The position numbers were made by a program, and so were the translations under genes. The notes beneath the pieces are model-generated. The model made no database searches and was not told the DNA's origin. It worked only from the letters and a program-made list of their open reading frames with translations. A stretch of 60,177 nt of DNA, filler included, from Hausera hauseri (taxonomy: Eukaryota): the NCBI GenBank assembly GCA_046269625.1. It is 12 parts of 12 records of this genome, joined end to end, with 100 filler letters (N's around TTAATTAATTAA, not from the genome) between each part and the next. Parts side by side here need not be neighbours in the genome. Positions count along the whole stretch, not along the records: positions 49,931 to 54,680 come from JBJURY010450468.1; positions 54,781 to 60,177 come from JBJURY010262510.1; 10 more parts are not named here. One strand, written 5' to 3'. Positions 49,931 through 60,177 of this stretch are shown here, in pieces (the first letter of the stretch is position 1; the number at the start of each line of letters is the position of its first letter).

Positions 49931-52900
49931 AACTCTGCAAATGGACTTGATAATAGATTTCTCTGGAACATTGAATTGAAAAGGTGTCACAAACATAATT
50001 GATCATTTCGTCGTCGTACATCGGCAATTAATAATTATAATGTTCGGAATTTTCTCGTTCAATCCGACGGATGAGATTCTTCAAACGGGGAGTCGGATCC
50101 GATTATTGATCCGCCGCGGCGACAGCGGAAGCCCGGCCGCGCCTAACCGAATGGGACAAAGGGCACTGACCGCCGTGTGCACCACATCATACCCCCCGTG
50201 GCAAAATAAAAACTATAAAGAGTAAAACAGACGGAAAGAAAATCGCCAAACGAAAAGTGTATGTGTCAGTTGGTCTTAGTGTGATCAAGACGTTGGATAT
50301 CTTATACTGATTTTTCCCTGCTATACTTGCTAAATGTGACTCTGCGTGTTTTTTCTGTATTCGGTGTGTTTGCTTGCAGAGGTTGAAGTTGGGGAAAAAA
50401 TTGTAAGATTTTGTTGTGAGTGTTGTGTCGTGCAACGACGAGTCAGAAGGAAGAGAAGAAGAAGGTGAAGAATGGAGAGTGATTGTTGGAGACGGATGGT
50501 TAAAGGCATTCTCGAGAGATTGTTAGAAGTCGAAGGAGTGACAAAAGTTGAAGTAGCGGATGACGGAAGAGAGACGAAAATTAAAGTAGAAATTGGAATT
50601 GTCTTAGGCGAAGGAGTAGATGTAGAAAGTGAGGCTAAAGGAGTGGTAGAGAAAGGAAGAGAGATAGGAATGGAAGTAGAAGGTGTGTAGAATGATGAAA
50701 CAGAATTAGAAGCAGAAAGAGGAGGTGAAACTACTGTAGAAACAGATAAATGAACAGCAGGGAGTGTAGGAGTGAGAAAAGAGGTGGACGTGTCGATTTG
50801 TGAAGTGTCATCGACAAAAAAGGTGGGCTTTAAGTTGGTAATATGTATTGTAAGTTCTTTGCCGTTTTTAGAGATAATAGTATTATGCGAATGCAGTTGT
50901 ATCAGTTTATAGGGCTCCAGATACCGCGGCTGAAAACCGCGCAGCGTCTGATTTTTTAGCCATACGAATTTTGCCGAATACAAGTCTTCGGGTAAATATG
51001 TTTTATCTCTGTGAAGTATCCTGCAAAACGAATCTTTGCTGACCGTAAAGAAGTGATTTTGCGCCGTCCTTATTGTTTCATCTGTAGGAATGTCGTCTAG
51101 GGCAGTTAGATCGAACAATTGTAGTACAGGAGTTCCGAATGAGGTTTCGGTAGGTGAGCGTCCCGTAGAAGTAGATGGAGTGTTCTGCTAGCCAAGCAGA
51201 ACAAACGGAAGAAGATTCGTCAAACTAGTGTTGAACTCTGCAAGGATTCTTAGTGACGTTTTCAATGTTCGATTGAAGCGTTCTAGGAAGCCATTCGACT
51301 GGGGATGGTAACGTGTAGTATGTATGTGATGGATCCCCAATCGATTAACAAGGGATTCAAACGGGTTGGATTCAAACTGTGGACCCTGGTCCGTGATGAT
51401 GAAGTAAGGCGATCCAAACCTGCTAATCCACGTACGAATGAAAACATCAGCTATAGTGTATGTGTTTGTGCTCCGCATAGCGATGGCTTCTGGTCATCGC
51501 GAGGAACGGTCCATCATGGTGGGAATGAATTGATGACCGTTATCTGGAGGAAGAGGTCCAGCGATTTCGATATGCATGGATTCAAAACGCGATGTGCAGG
51601 GAAAGTTGAATAGTAGTGGCTTTAAATGCTTGGTTGTTTTGTATTTTTGGCAAGCCACACACTGCTTTACTCGTGCCTGCAAATTAGAACGCATTGACGG
51701 CCATATTACTTGTCGATGGAGTAAACGAAAAGTGGCTTTAGCACCAGGGTGGTGTAGCAAATGTACGCTATTAAATACTTGCATTTGCAATGATATTCGA
51801 GGATTATTACAGAATGACCTGGTTTGGAAGTGTCTAAAGCCACGCCGTCAACGATTGTGCAAGACTTAAAAGAATTAAGCATGTCTTGAGATGGCTGGTT
51901 CTGTTGAAGTTGAGCTTGCGTAAAAATCGGTAAAAAATTAATCGAACTAACCATCCTAGATAATAAATCGGCGACTAAATTATTAACTCCATCAACATGT
52001 TTTATGTCGAAGTTAAATGTCGTTAAGTATGATATCTGTCGTTCTTGGAGTGAGGAAGGGTGTTTCATAGCCACGATATTAAGTAAAGGTTTATGATCGG
52101 TTTGTATAGTAAAATGGCGAGCGACAAGTAGGTTGGAGAAATGCTTTAGAGCAAGGACGATGGCCAGTAACTCAATCGAACGTTAAATATCTGGTTTCAT
52201 GGGAAGTTAGATTGCGAGAGAAAAATTCTAGCGGTTGATTTTCACCTTTGTAGATTTGGTAAAGCACAGGACCTACTGCAGTGATTCATGCGTCTGTAGT
52301 AAGGATGAGTTCCGCATCAGGCTTGGGGAAAGCGAGAATGTCGACAGTCTTAATTCCTTCGTGCAACTTATCAAATTTGTCTACCAACTCAGGTGTCCAC
52401 TGGATTGGTTGATGTTTTTGGCCACCTCTTAATTGTGCAAATGGTACTGTCAAATCAGACCAATATGGTACATATTCATGTACAAATTGTAGTGTACCAA
52501 GGAAGCTAAATATTTCGGTGGTCGTACGTGGTAACTGAATATTCTTAACTGCTTCAACTCTGTCTGGTTGAGGAGAGTGGCCGTCTAGTGAAATAATGTG
52601 CTTAAAAGTAGATGCGCTTTTTGAAGAAATGGCATTTGTCGAAATTGACTTGAAGATTATGGTGGTTAAGGCGTTGGAATATTGCGCGAAGATGTTCCTC
52701 GTGTTATTTGCCGAAGACGAAACGATCAGGATATCATTTATGTAAGGGTCTGCAAACGGAAAATCTGCGAGAATCGAATCAATATGTCGCTGAAAGATCT
52801 GTTAGGCATTTCGCAAACCGAAAAGCATAAACATGTATTCATAGAGGCCAAAAGGAGTAGTTGCTGCAATTTTTTCCATGTCTTCGGGTGCCACCGGTAT

Positions 52901-53053
52901 GTGGTGGTATGCTTTGGCCAAATCGATGGTGGAATAAATGGTAGTTGAATTAAGGCGATGCAGGATGTACTTGATGAGTAGTAAGGGGTAGGAATCCATG
53001 ATGGTCAAGTTGTTCAACTGTCAGTAGTCACGGCATGTTCTAAAAGTATCGTC
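49931..53053 (-). mobile_element. Degenerate Ty3/Gypsy element (RT-RH-IN, S/T/P-rich tail, PPT, 3' LTR from 50186), same family as 1-4481; RT interrupted at 53054
   Basis: IDLAKAYH, FGLRNA, TDHKPL, YHPQSNG.LERFNRTLK, QPRYLEPY; GCCACGGGGGGTATGA|TGTGGTG junction. Confidence 0.93.
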
Positions 53054-53150
53054 TGTGGTGCCCGCGTTGACAGTCGCCCTCTGGTCCATTCGGTTGGGCA
53101 CGGTCGGCTTCCGCTACCGTAACGTCGGACACATAGGCAGGCCCGATTTT
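53054..53150 (+). mobile_element. LTR 5' head of a nested, opposite-orientation insertion in the Gypsy RT
   Basis: TGTGGTG..GTCCATTCGGTTGGGCACGGTCGGCTTCCGCT matches the LTR start at 50186 (minus) and 12390 (minus); RT sequence stops exactly here. Confidence 0.75.
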
Positions 53151-53284
53151 CTGCCTTGAAAACTAAAATAAATCAATAGAAAGGATGTCTCTATATTATA
53201 TTGTTAATTGTTCAACATCTCTCCAAACAAATCCAAATATCGTTCATATTTAATAAAGAATACTGTCTACCATATGTGACTTTA

Positions 53285-53599
53285 ATGCCAGAACCCTTAG
53301 TCGATATCAAAGATTTGGACCAGTGGATTGATCATTTATATGAAAACAAACAATTACATGAATCAAAAGTTAAAATATTATGCGATGCAGCAAAAGAATC
53401 GTTGTCCCGAGAAGCGAATGTTCAACCAGTTAAGTGCCCAGTTACAGTTTGTGGTGACGTGCATGGTCAGTTTCACGATCTTATGGAACTGTTTCAAATA
53501 GGCCGGAAACTTCCAGATACAAATTATTTATTTATGGAGGATTACGTGGATAGAGGTTATTACTCTGTTGAAACTGTAACGCTTTTGGTTGCCTTAAAG
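53285..53599 (+). pseudogene. PPP2CA: PP2A catalytic subunit N-terminal fragment, intronless, fused to unrelated sequence
   Basis: [55 protein letters not shown]; GDYVDRG changed to EDYVDRG; similarity ends at ALK. Confidence 0.9.
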
Positions 53600-54780
53600 T
53601 CCAAATTTGTCAGTATCCGAAATCTCGCTTTATTTCGAGGTCTTGATGTGGCGCTGCGGCTTCAGGTGCTACCCCTATTCACGACAGGTTACAATTTGGT
53701 GCCACTAAGCCAGCACGATTTTCGGTCTGCTCTTTGCCCTTTTGGTCCTTGTTCGGCTTGCGGTCGAACAATCATTTATCAAATGCAGTATTACTGAAAG
53801 TTTTTTCATAAACATCAAGTAAGAAGAGAAATTGCCGATACAGTTCATGCCCAGTAAACCTGAAAGAGGTGCATGCAGACTAATGAGATTTGCAGAAGCC
53901 AAAATTATTAACATAAAAATTTATGTTCTAGGTATCAGTCCGCCTAATTATTTGACGTCGAATATTTCTGTCAATAAATTATAATCTTGTGAAACTGCTG
54001 CTTCTTCTTTAATTCCTGTGAATTTGAATTTAGTGCCCTTTGCTATCTTAACTTAGATTTCTCAGATACAAGCTTTCAACGTTAAAACCACGACGAACAA
54101 ATCTCACCTCAATAACGACTTCATATCGACGAAATAAATTGTGATTCCAATATTCCTAAAATTGGCAGCTACAATTTTTACTTGTCGTAGAGACCAATAT
54201 TGTCAGATGCAGTTTTACACTTGTCGATCAATTGTTTTTGTGAATAAGTTAACCGATGTGAACTAGTGCAAGGATTATCTCCATCATATTTTATTTAACA
54301 ATTTGTAATTTGTTTGAAATAAATTGATTTTTTTGCCCATATTGAATTTTAGCCATTTAGTCCTTTCAGTTTTAAATCTTATTTTGGAATTGCAGTATTT
54401 ATTCTTTTTAGACTGTGAGATATTTATCGTCGATATTTATTTGTGATTAAATTTTAATTCGTTCTCGAATCGCTATATTCTCGGATAATTTTATCATCAT
54501 TACACAGACAGCATACGTGAAACCAAAAGAATATGACAAAAGACCGTTCATACACAACAGTGGAAGAGAATATCCCAAAAAATAAAGGTCTGAAACAAGG
54601 TCGATGAACAACAACATTGCTCAGGACCAGAAACCACATGCCAGTTTGATCGCAGATAGGCGAAGACAGGCTCCAACTCANNNNNNNNNNNNNNNNNNNN
54701 NNNNNNNNNNNNNNNNNNNNNNNNTTAATTAATTAANNNNNNNNNNNNNNNNNNNNNNNNNNNNNNNNNNNNNNNNNNNN

Positions 54781-57700
54781 TCTACAAGAAAGGACAGTGT
54801 TGTTTGCACTCAATGTACCTATGGGGATTGATTTTGATGGAATCATAAGATCGCCTGACACGTTAGCTCCATTCATGATACCAGTCACTCCAGAAAACAG
54901 AACACCAAAAACAACGAGGGAATTAACATCATCTTTTGTTGAAAAATCGATAAAAAAATCAGGGAAAATATTTGACCGAAGGGATGCTACACTGAGACCA
55001 GTGAAATTAGGAAACACTGTGATATAGGTATTATCCTTTATAAATGTCTGAAACTCTTCTGTCTTAATTTTCCCACTTTTCATGTCTATTTTAAGGGCCA
55101 GTAGTAGTGTAAACGTAACTTTATCGGCTTCATATAATCCACGGACCGCATATTTCCAAACTACAAAAGTCATATACTCAATAATATTCATAATTCTTTT
55201 CTGAGTTACGAGAGATTTCTGAGATCTCTGCATAGATAAGTCAAACAGTCCCGAAAACTGACGCAAGGAAGTCTGATACATGCTATTAACAATGCTCATT
55301 TCTACGATAAGAAAGTATAAAATTGATCCTCGAGTTGCCACAGGTCGGTATTCCTCTCGAGCGGAGTTAATTTTAATTTCAGTATCGGATGCTATCTGAA
55401 GTTTTTGACTGACATCAGCAGCAATTACTTTTGTTATTTTCAATGTTTTGATGAGGTCTTCGTCATCGACAAGGGAGCCTTTAACACTGGTCAGCCTGAA
55501 TAGCAAATTTTCTTCTAATTCTTTCATTTTTGTTTTATTCGACTGCACGTCTTCCATTAACTGCAGTCTCTGTGATTCTAACTCTTGTTTTTCAGTTTGA
55601 ATGACAAGTCCTAACAGCTGATCTTCCAGACCTTTTATGGTTACAGTAAAATCAATAATAGATGTTCTTGCAAAAATTTCTGGCGTATAACTCGGGTTCG
55701 GCAGTTTTGTCGTTATGTATAGATAAAATCCTTTCATAACATCGATTTCTTTGTCACCAACTTTAACTTGGAATGATGATCCCTGTTTAATAAAGTTCTT
55801 TTCTAAAACGTTGTCCAATGCTGGATCCAATTCTTCCGATACATCTTCGATTAGAAGAGGTCTTCCCAAAGACAAAGCATCCTCAAGATGTTGTCGGAAA
55901 TATTTATGAATCAATGATGTGATTCGCAGTTCATTTCGACCTTCTCTATTTTTTATCCAAATTTTACCTTGACCCTGTGGGTCAATCAACAGCGGATATC
56001 TACTAGCTTTTGTGACGATAATTCCGTTTTGAACAGACAACTCATCGTTCGGTAAACCTTGAAGATTCCATTCACCAAGCGTAGTTGGATCAGTTAGTAT
56101 GTCGATCAAGTTAAGCGTTGAGGTAAACGGTATTTTTCGAGTCTTAAGTTCCTTTTGCCAACTTGAATTGAGTAGATTTCTAAATTCTTGATTGAACGGA
56201 CCGCAGTAAGACAGAAAAGCTGTTGCCGACAAAACATCCCCAACAAGTCTTTCGATTTGTGTCTTAAATTCACTGCTTTGATTTGTCCATCTTTCTTTCT
56301 CACCAGCAAGTCCTTCGATTAACTCAGTGGCGGCAAACATTTTACGTCTACACGTTTCAGCGTCTTCCAGTAGAGCTTGCTTTTTCCGAAGTGTATCATC
56401 ATAAAGAGCTTGAACCTTCGCCAATTCTCGTTGTTTCTCGTCGAGTATGGCCTGAGCTGCATTTAGGTCTTCCATTAAGAATGCATCTATAATAAAGGCC
56501 AATACAATATTCCTAACCAGTAAAACACAGACCCAATGAATAAGAACAAAAAACAGTCTCGCAACCTTATTTGTTGTGAATACAGCTCCAAGTAGAAGAA
56601 TATGCCAATTGTTTGAAACAGTCAATATGACCATCAGAAGAAAACCGTCCAGTCCAGAATTAAAATTTAAAATACAGTAATGGGCTTTTACAAAATCAGA
56701 ATTAGTTAAATATTTATTACCACAATCAACAGTGTCATTCGAATCAGGATATTGATATACCAAATTCTTTGGAATAGAATATCTATTACCGAAAAATTCA
56801 ATACCAAGGCAAACGAATATATAGTAAATTGAAAGTTGGATGGCAGCGTAAGAAAACAACGAAGGTAATAATACAATAATGCAATGGGCAATTAACCTGA
56901 AAACACGAATTAGGGTTATTACTTTTATTAGTCTTAGAAGTCGAAGAGCAAGTAAAAAACTCAAGTATTGATTTGAGAATGCTATATGAAGCATTTTATA
57001 TATTTCAGTGATAATTAAACTCACAAGCGCAGCCATTATAATTACAAAGTCAAAAATATTCCACGTGTCCTTGAAATAAAGATTGACACCGGCTGCAAAC
57101 ATTCTTATCATAAGTTCACAAACGAAAATAATCGTAAAAGCCCATTCGAAAGTCGCTTCAAAAGTCGTTCCATCAAATGCGATCATTAATATTGCGTTCA
57201 GTAAAACAAGAAATTCAAAAAACAATTTCGTGTATGTAGAACGAATTATCGGAATTAGAAATTGATTTGGTCTCGACATATAACAGCTATAAAATGATGG
57301 CAATGATTTTTCAAAATATTTCCTCGTCATGGGTATTTCTTCAAATCTCAAATAAATATATTCTGTTAACCTGGTAAATTGGTCAGGTGATAAATCACCA
57401 GACTTATCGGTATCCAATAATCGAAAGTACATTTCAAGTTTAGCTTCACTACTCGTTGGCGATACTTTTTTCATAACATTTATAAATGTAACATAATCCA
57501 TCCTATCCTTTTCTGGATTTCGAAGCATTTGAAATGCAGTTTTCAGACGTTGCTTTTTACACTTTACATTTTTTATTACATCGAGACCAAGATGCGTTTT
57601 ATAAGCATTATAAACACTGGCAACTACTATACCCATAAATATCCAATTACAGATTATTGTAACTCCCAAATAAATCAGTATATATAATCGACTATTTTCA

Positions 57701-58662
57701 TATCCTGGAATAATAACATCCGGGGAATTTGATGTTGTTACCAAAACATAAAGGTCAAAAATCGAATCAAAGTAATTGCTAAAATACGGATCAATCAATT
57801 CCACAGTTTCCTCATTGATCATGTATTTTGGAAAGTTTACGAGGTTGTTCAAAAATCCTTGATTTGACATCAGTTTTAATGATTCACTCTCGTCACCCAC
57901 ACAACACTGTAATACATTCGTGGTCTCGTGTGCTTTTGCCATTATTTTCTGCCAACTTTTATCGATATTACTAAATCGTTTTGCTTCTTTCGGTAACTGT
58001 TTTGCAATGTAATTACCTAAGAACCTTTGTAGAGGTAACTTGATGATATCTCTATCGGAAAATAAATTTCTTAAAAAGTTATAAACATCTTCAACTTTTT
58101 CAGGTCCGCCCATATTCATCATCAAAATACCTGTTTTTGGCTCATTGTATGTTGAATAATATTTTATTAAATGTTGTCGAAAAATGCAATTCTTTCCCAA
58201 ATAACTTATGACATTAATTTTCTTTTTTCGCAATACTATATTCAAACTGTATTCAACGCAGACAAAATTCAGCAATTTGTTTGTATATTTATAAATTTTA
58301 ACGACATAGAAAAAACCGCGTGGAGTTCTATAAACAAAAACAGGACTCACCGAGCTATTCCGATAAAGCATTGACATAATGTCGAAAGTTTGAAAAAAAC
58401 TGGCACAATATGCAAAATGTATTGCCGAGACTGGACATCGTGGAGGAGCAAAGTTCTGACACCAATTGTTGATTTCAGCGGCCGAAGAGTTCTTAAAATT
58501 ATTAGCGAAAAGTATCATAATGTCAGGTTTAACCTGCATTTTTGGGTGCATGGAAAACGACTTTGATATTTCCAGAGGCACCAATTGCATAGCATAAAAT
58601 TTCTGTATAATAGCCGGAATACATTGTATTTTAAAAACTAGTTTCAATTTTCGTCTACCCAT
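54781..58662 (-). CDS. Chimeric intronless ORF (~1294 aa, 3'-truncated): unknown N-terminus + ferrochelatase + dynein + dynein + two-pore channel + dynein + SLC12A9
   Basis: Single stop-free frame containing recognisable blocks from four unrelated genes. Confidence 0.88.
54805..55035 (-). pseudogene. SLC12A9: Cation-chloride cotransporter (SLC12A9-like) fragment within the chimera
   Basis: NFTGLS...[35 protein letters not shown]. Confidence 0.8.
55036..56475 (-). pseudogene. DNAH5: Axonemal dynein heavy chain (DNAH5/8-like) fragment, stalk return and AAA5 region, within the chimera
   Basis: [72 protein letters not shown]. Confidence 0.92.
56470..57790 (-). pseudogene. TPCN: Two-pore channel fragment (pore I to S6 of domain II) within the chimera
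   Basis: [19 protein letters not shown]-hand-like [46 protein letters not shown]. Confidence 0.88.
57781..58008 (-). pseudogene. DNAH5: Two short axonemal dynein heavy chain (DNAH5/8-like) fragments: linker region, then stalk region
   Basis: [29 protein letters not shown] then [30 protein letters not shown]. Confidence 0.85.
58000..58140 (-). pseudogene. FECH: Ferrochelatase N-terminal fragment within the chimera
   Basis: [40 protein letters not shown]. Confidence 0.9.
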
Positions 58663-59409
58663 TTGGTCAAAATCGTAAAAAACAAAACTGCTTTCGAGTG
58701 AAGTAACAATCTATTTTAAACTTCAAAAAATTACAATCTTTCTATTTCGCGTTACCGCGATATTAAAACAAAACACATAACTCTATATATATATATGCAC
58801 AGTAAAAAAGGGTGAATCCGGTCCTCGCCTACAGAACTCCACACGATCATAATTTATGTCATACCATACAATTACAGAAACTCTAGTAGAATGTACTACA
58901 CATTTATCAATTTCCCCAACAATAAACAACACAGCAAAGTTATCTGTGAAATTTTATCTTTATTTGGCCAACCATTAAACATTTCTATGGATAAACAATT
59001 ACCAGTGATCATGCAGAATATGTTAAATTTACCTACTTCATGCGACTTCAATTCTATGGCACTAGATCTTATCATGGATTTAATTTTGGATAATTTCTTG
59101 TTCAATGTCCCACAAGTTCGTAGCTTCTTTGAAAACCCCCTCCTCACGGCACAAGGTCAATCCCATTGTAAACAAGGCAACACGAACCATACAGAATACA
59201 AATACTTGGTTTTGAGGCAGGTAGAAATAGGTAGAGATAACGCATTTCAACTATTTGATAATCAGCTGCTCAGCGAACTCCACAATACGACAAATTTCCA
59301 GGCAAACATCGCCATAATAAAAAATTCATTGGGAAATGTAGTCTACTCAGTTGTCGATAGCCAATATGAGTGTGATAAATTCTGTTGAGCACTACAGTAT
59401 GGAACTACA

Positions 59410-60177
59410 GAATCAAAAAATTAAGACATTGGTTAGGCCTATGCGGGTATTATGCCACTTACGTACCAGACAACTCGAAAATTAACGCACCACTATATCG
59501 CCTACTCAAAAAAGGAACTAAGTGGAGATGGACAGGAATGGAACAAAATGTATTCGATGAAATGAAGAAAGTTCTGACAAGCGAACCAGTTTTAAGATAC
59601 CCGGATTTTAACCTACCATTCGTCATTAAAACAGATCCAAGTAAAAAAGGCATAGGATACGAATTAGCTCAAAAACGAGAAGTCTAAGAATTAGAACATC
59701 CAATAGCTTATGGTGGACGCTAATTAAATAAAGCATAAAAGAATTATTCGGTTACCGAATTAGAAACGTTAGCCGTAAAAGAAGCACTACGACATTTTAA
59801 TGTCTACATTTACCGACAAACGATTATCATTGTGACTGACTACAAAGCAGTTACGACATTAAAAGGACGAGCTAACAACCCAACATGTAGATTAAACCGT
59901 TGGATTGAGGAAATTTCAAGATATAATATTGAATTCCAATACAAACTCGGTAACAAACACGTGGATGCCGACGCATTATCAAGATTAAAGACAAAAACGA
60001 GTTCAATCATCACACTAAAGAAACCACAACTTGAACAGTTGATCGAACGGCGAAGAACTTTAATATGGGATAAGACAATTAGAATTACAGCGGAGCAAGC
60101 TAAAGATATGGTTATTCAACAGATTATCGAGTTCGTACAAAACGACAAAATACCAAAAGGACGGCAACTGAAAAAGC
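59410..60177 (+). pseudogene. pol: Gypsy RT C-terminus and RNase H fragment
   Basis: LRHWLGLCGYY..PLYRLLKK..PVLRYPDFNLPFVIKTD..NYSVTELE.LA..TDYKA..NKHVDADALSR. Confidence 0.92.

Noticed and set aside
50472-50690. Glu/Val/Gly-rich ORF
   Set aside because: Antisense shadow of the S/T/P-rich integrase tail
53201-53797. Functional PP2A gene
   Set aside because: Only about a third of the enzyme, GDYVDRG motif mutated, no splice donor leading to a recognisable next exon
54781-58662. A normal dynein or two-pore channel gene
   Set aside because: Every component is a partial fragment; no known protein has this domain order

Overview
This window is not one locus. It is 12 eukaryotic contigs of about 4-6 kb joined by an artificial 100-nt linker (N44-TTAATTAATTAA-N44). 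Eleven contigs are AT-rich and animal-like (an axonemal dynein fragment implies a ciliated animal); one (30710-35384) is GC-rich and looks like it comes from a different, possibly fish-like genome. Most of the sequence is decayed mobile DNA: several Ty3/Gypsy LTR retrotransposons, a mariner transposase, two protein-primed PolB (Polinton/adintovirus-like) pseudogenes, a Helitron 3' end and an intact spliced tyrosine-recombinase (Crypton-like) gene. Three things stand out. (1) An intronless, stop-free ~1.3k-aa ORF stitched in frame from ferrochelatase, dynein heavy chain (three pieces), a two-pore channel and SLC12A9, apparently joined at microhomologies; related LTR-like termini elsewhere are followed by host-gene cargo (PP2A). 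(2) A Gypsy lineage whose env slot holds a receptor-like membrane protein (Cys/FN3-like ectodomain, TM, catalytically dead DEDDh exonuclease fold, RING in one copy). (3) A tyrosine-recombinase element flanked by a compressed, permuted skeleton of 18S rRNA motifs. All family assignments are by motif recognition from memory; no database search was run.
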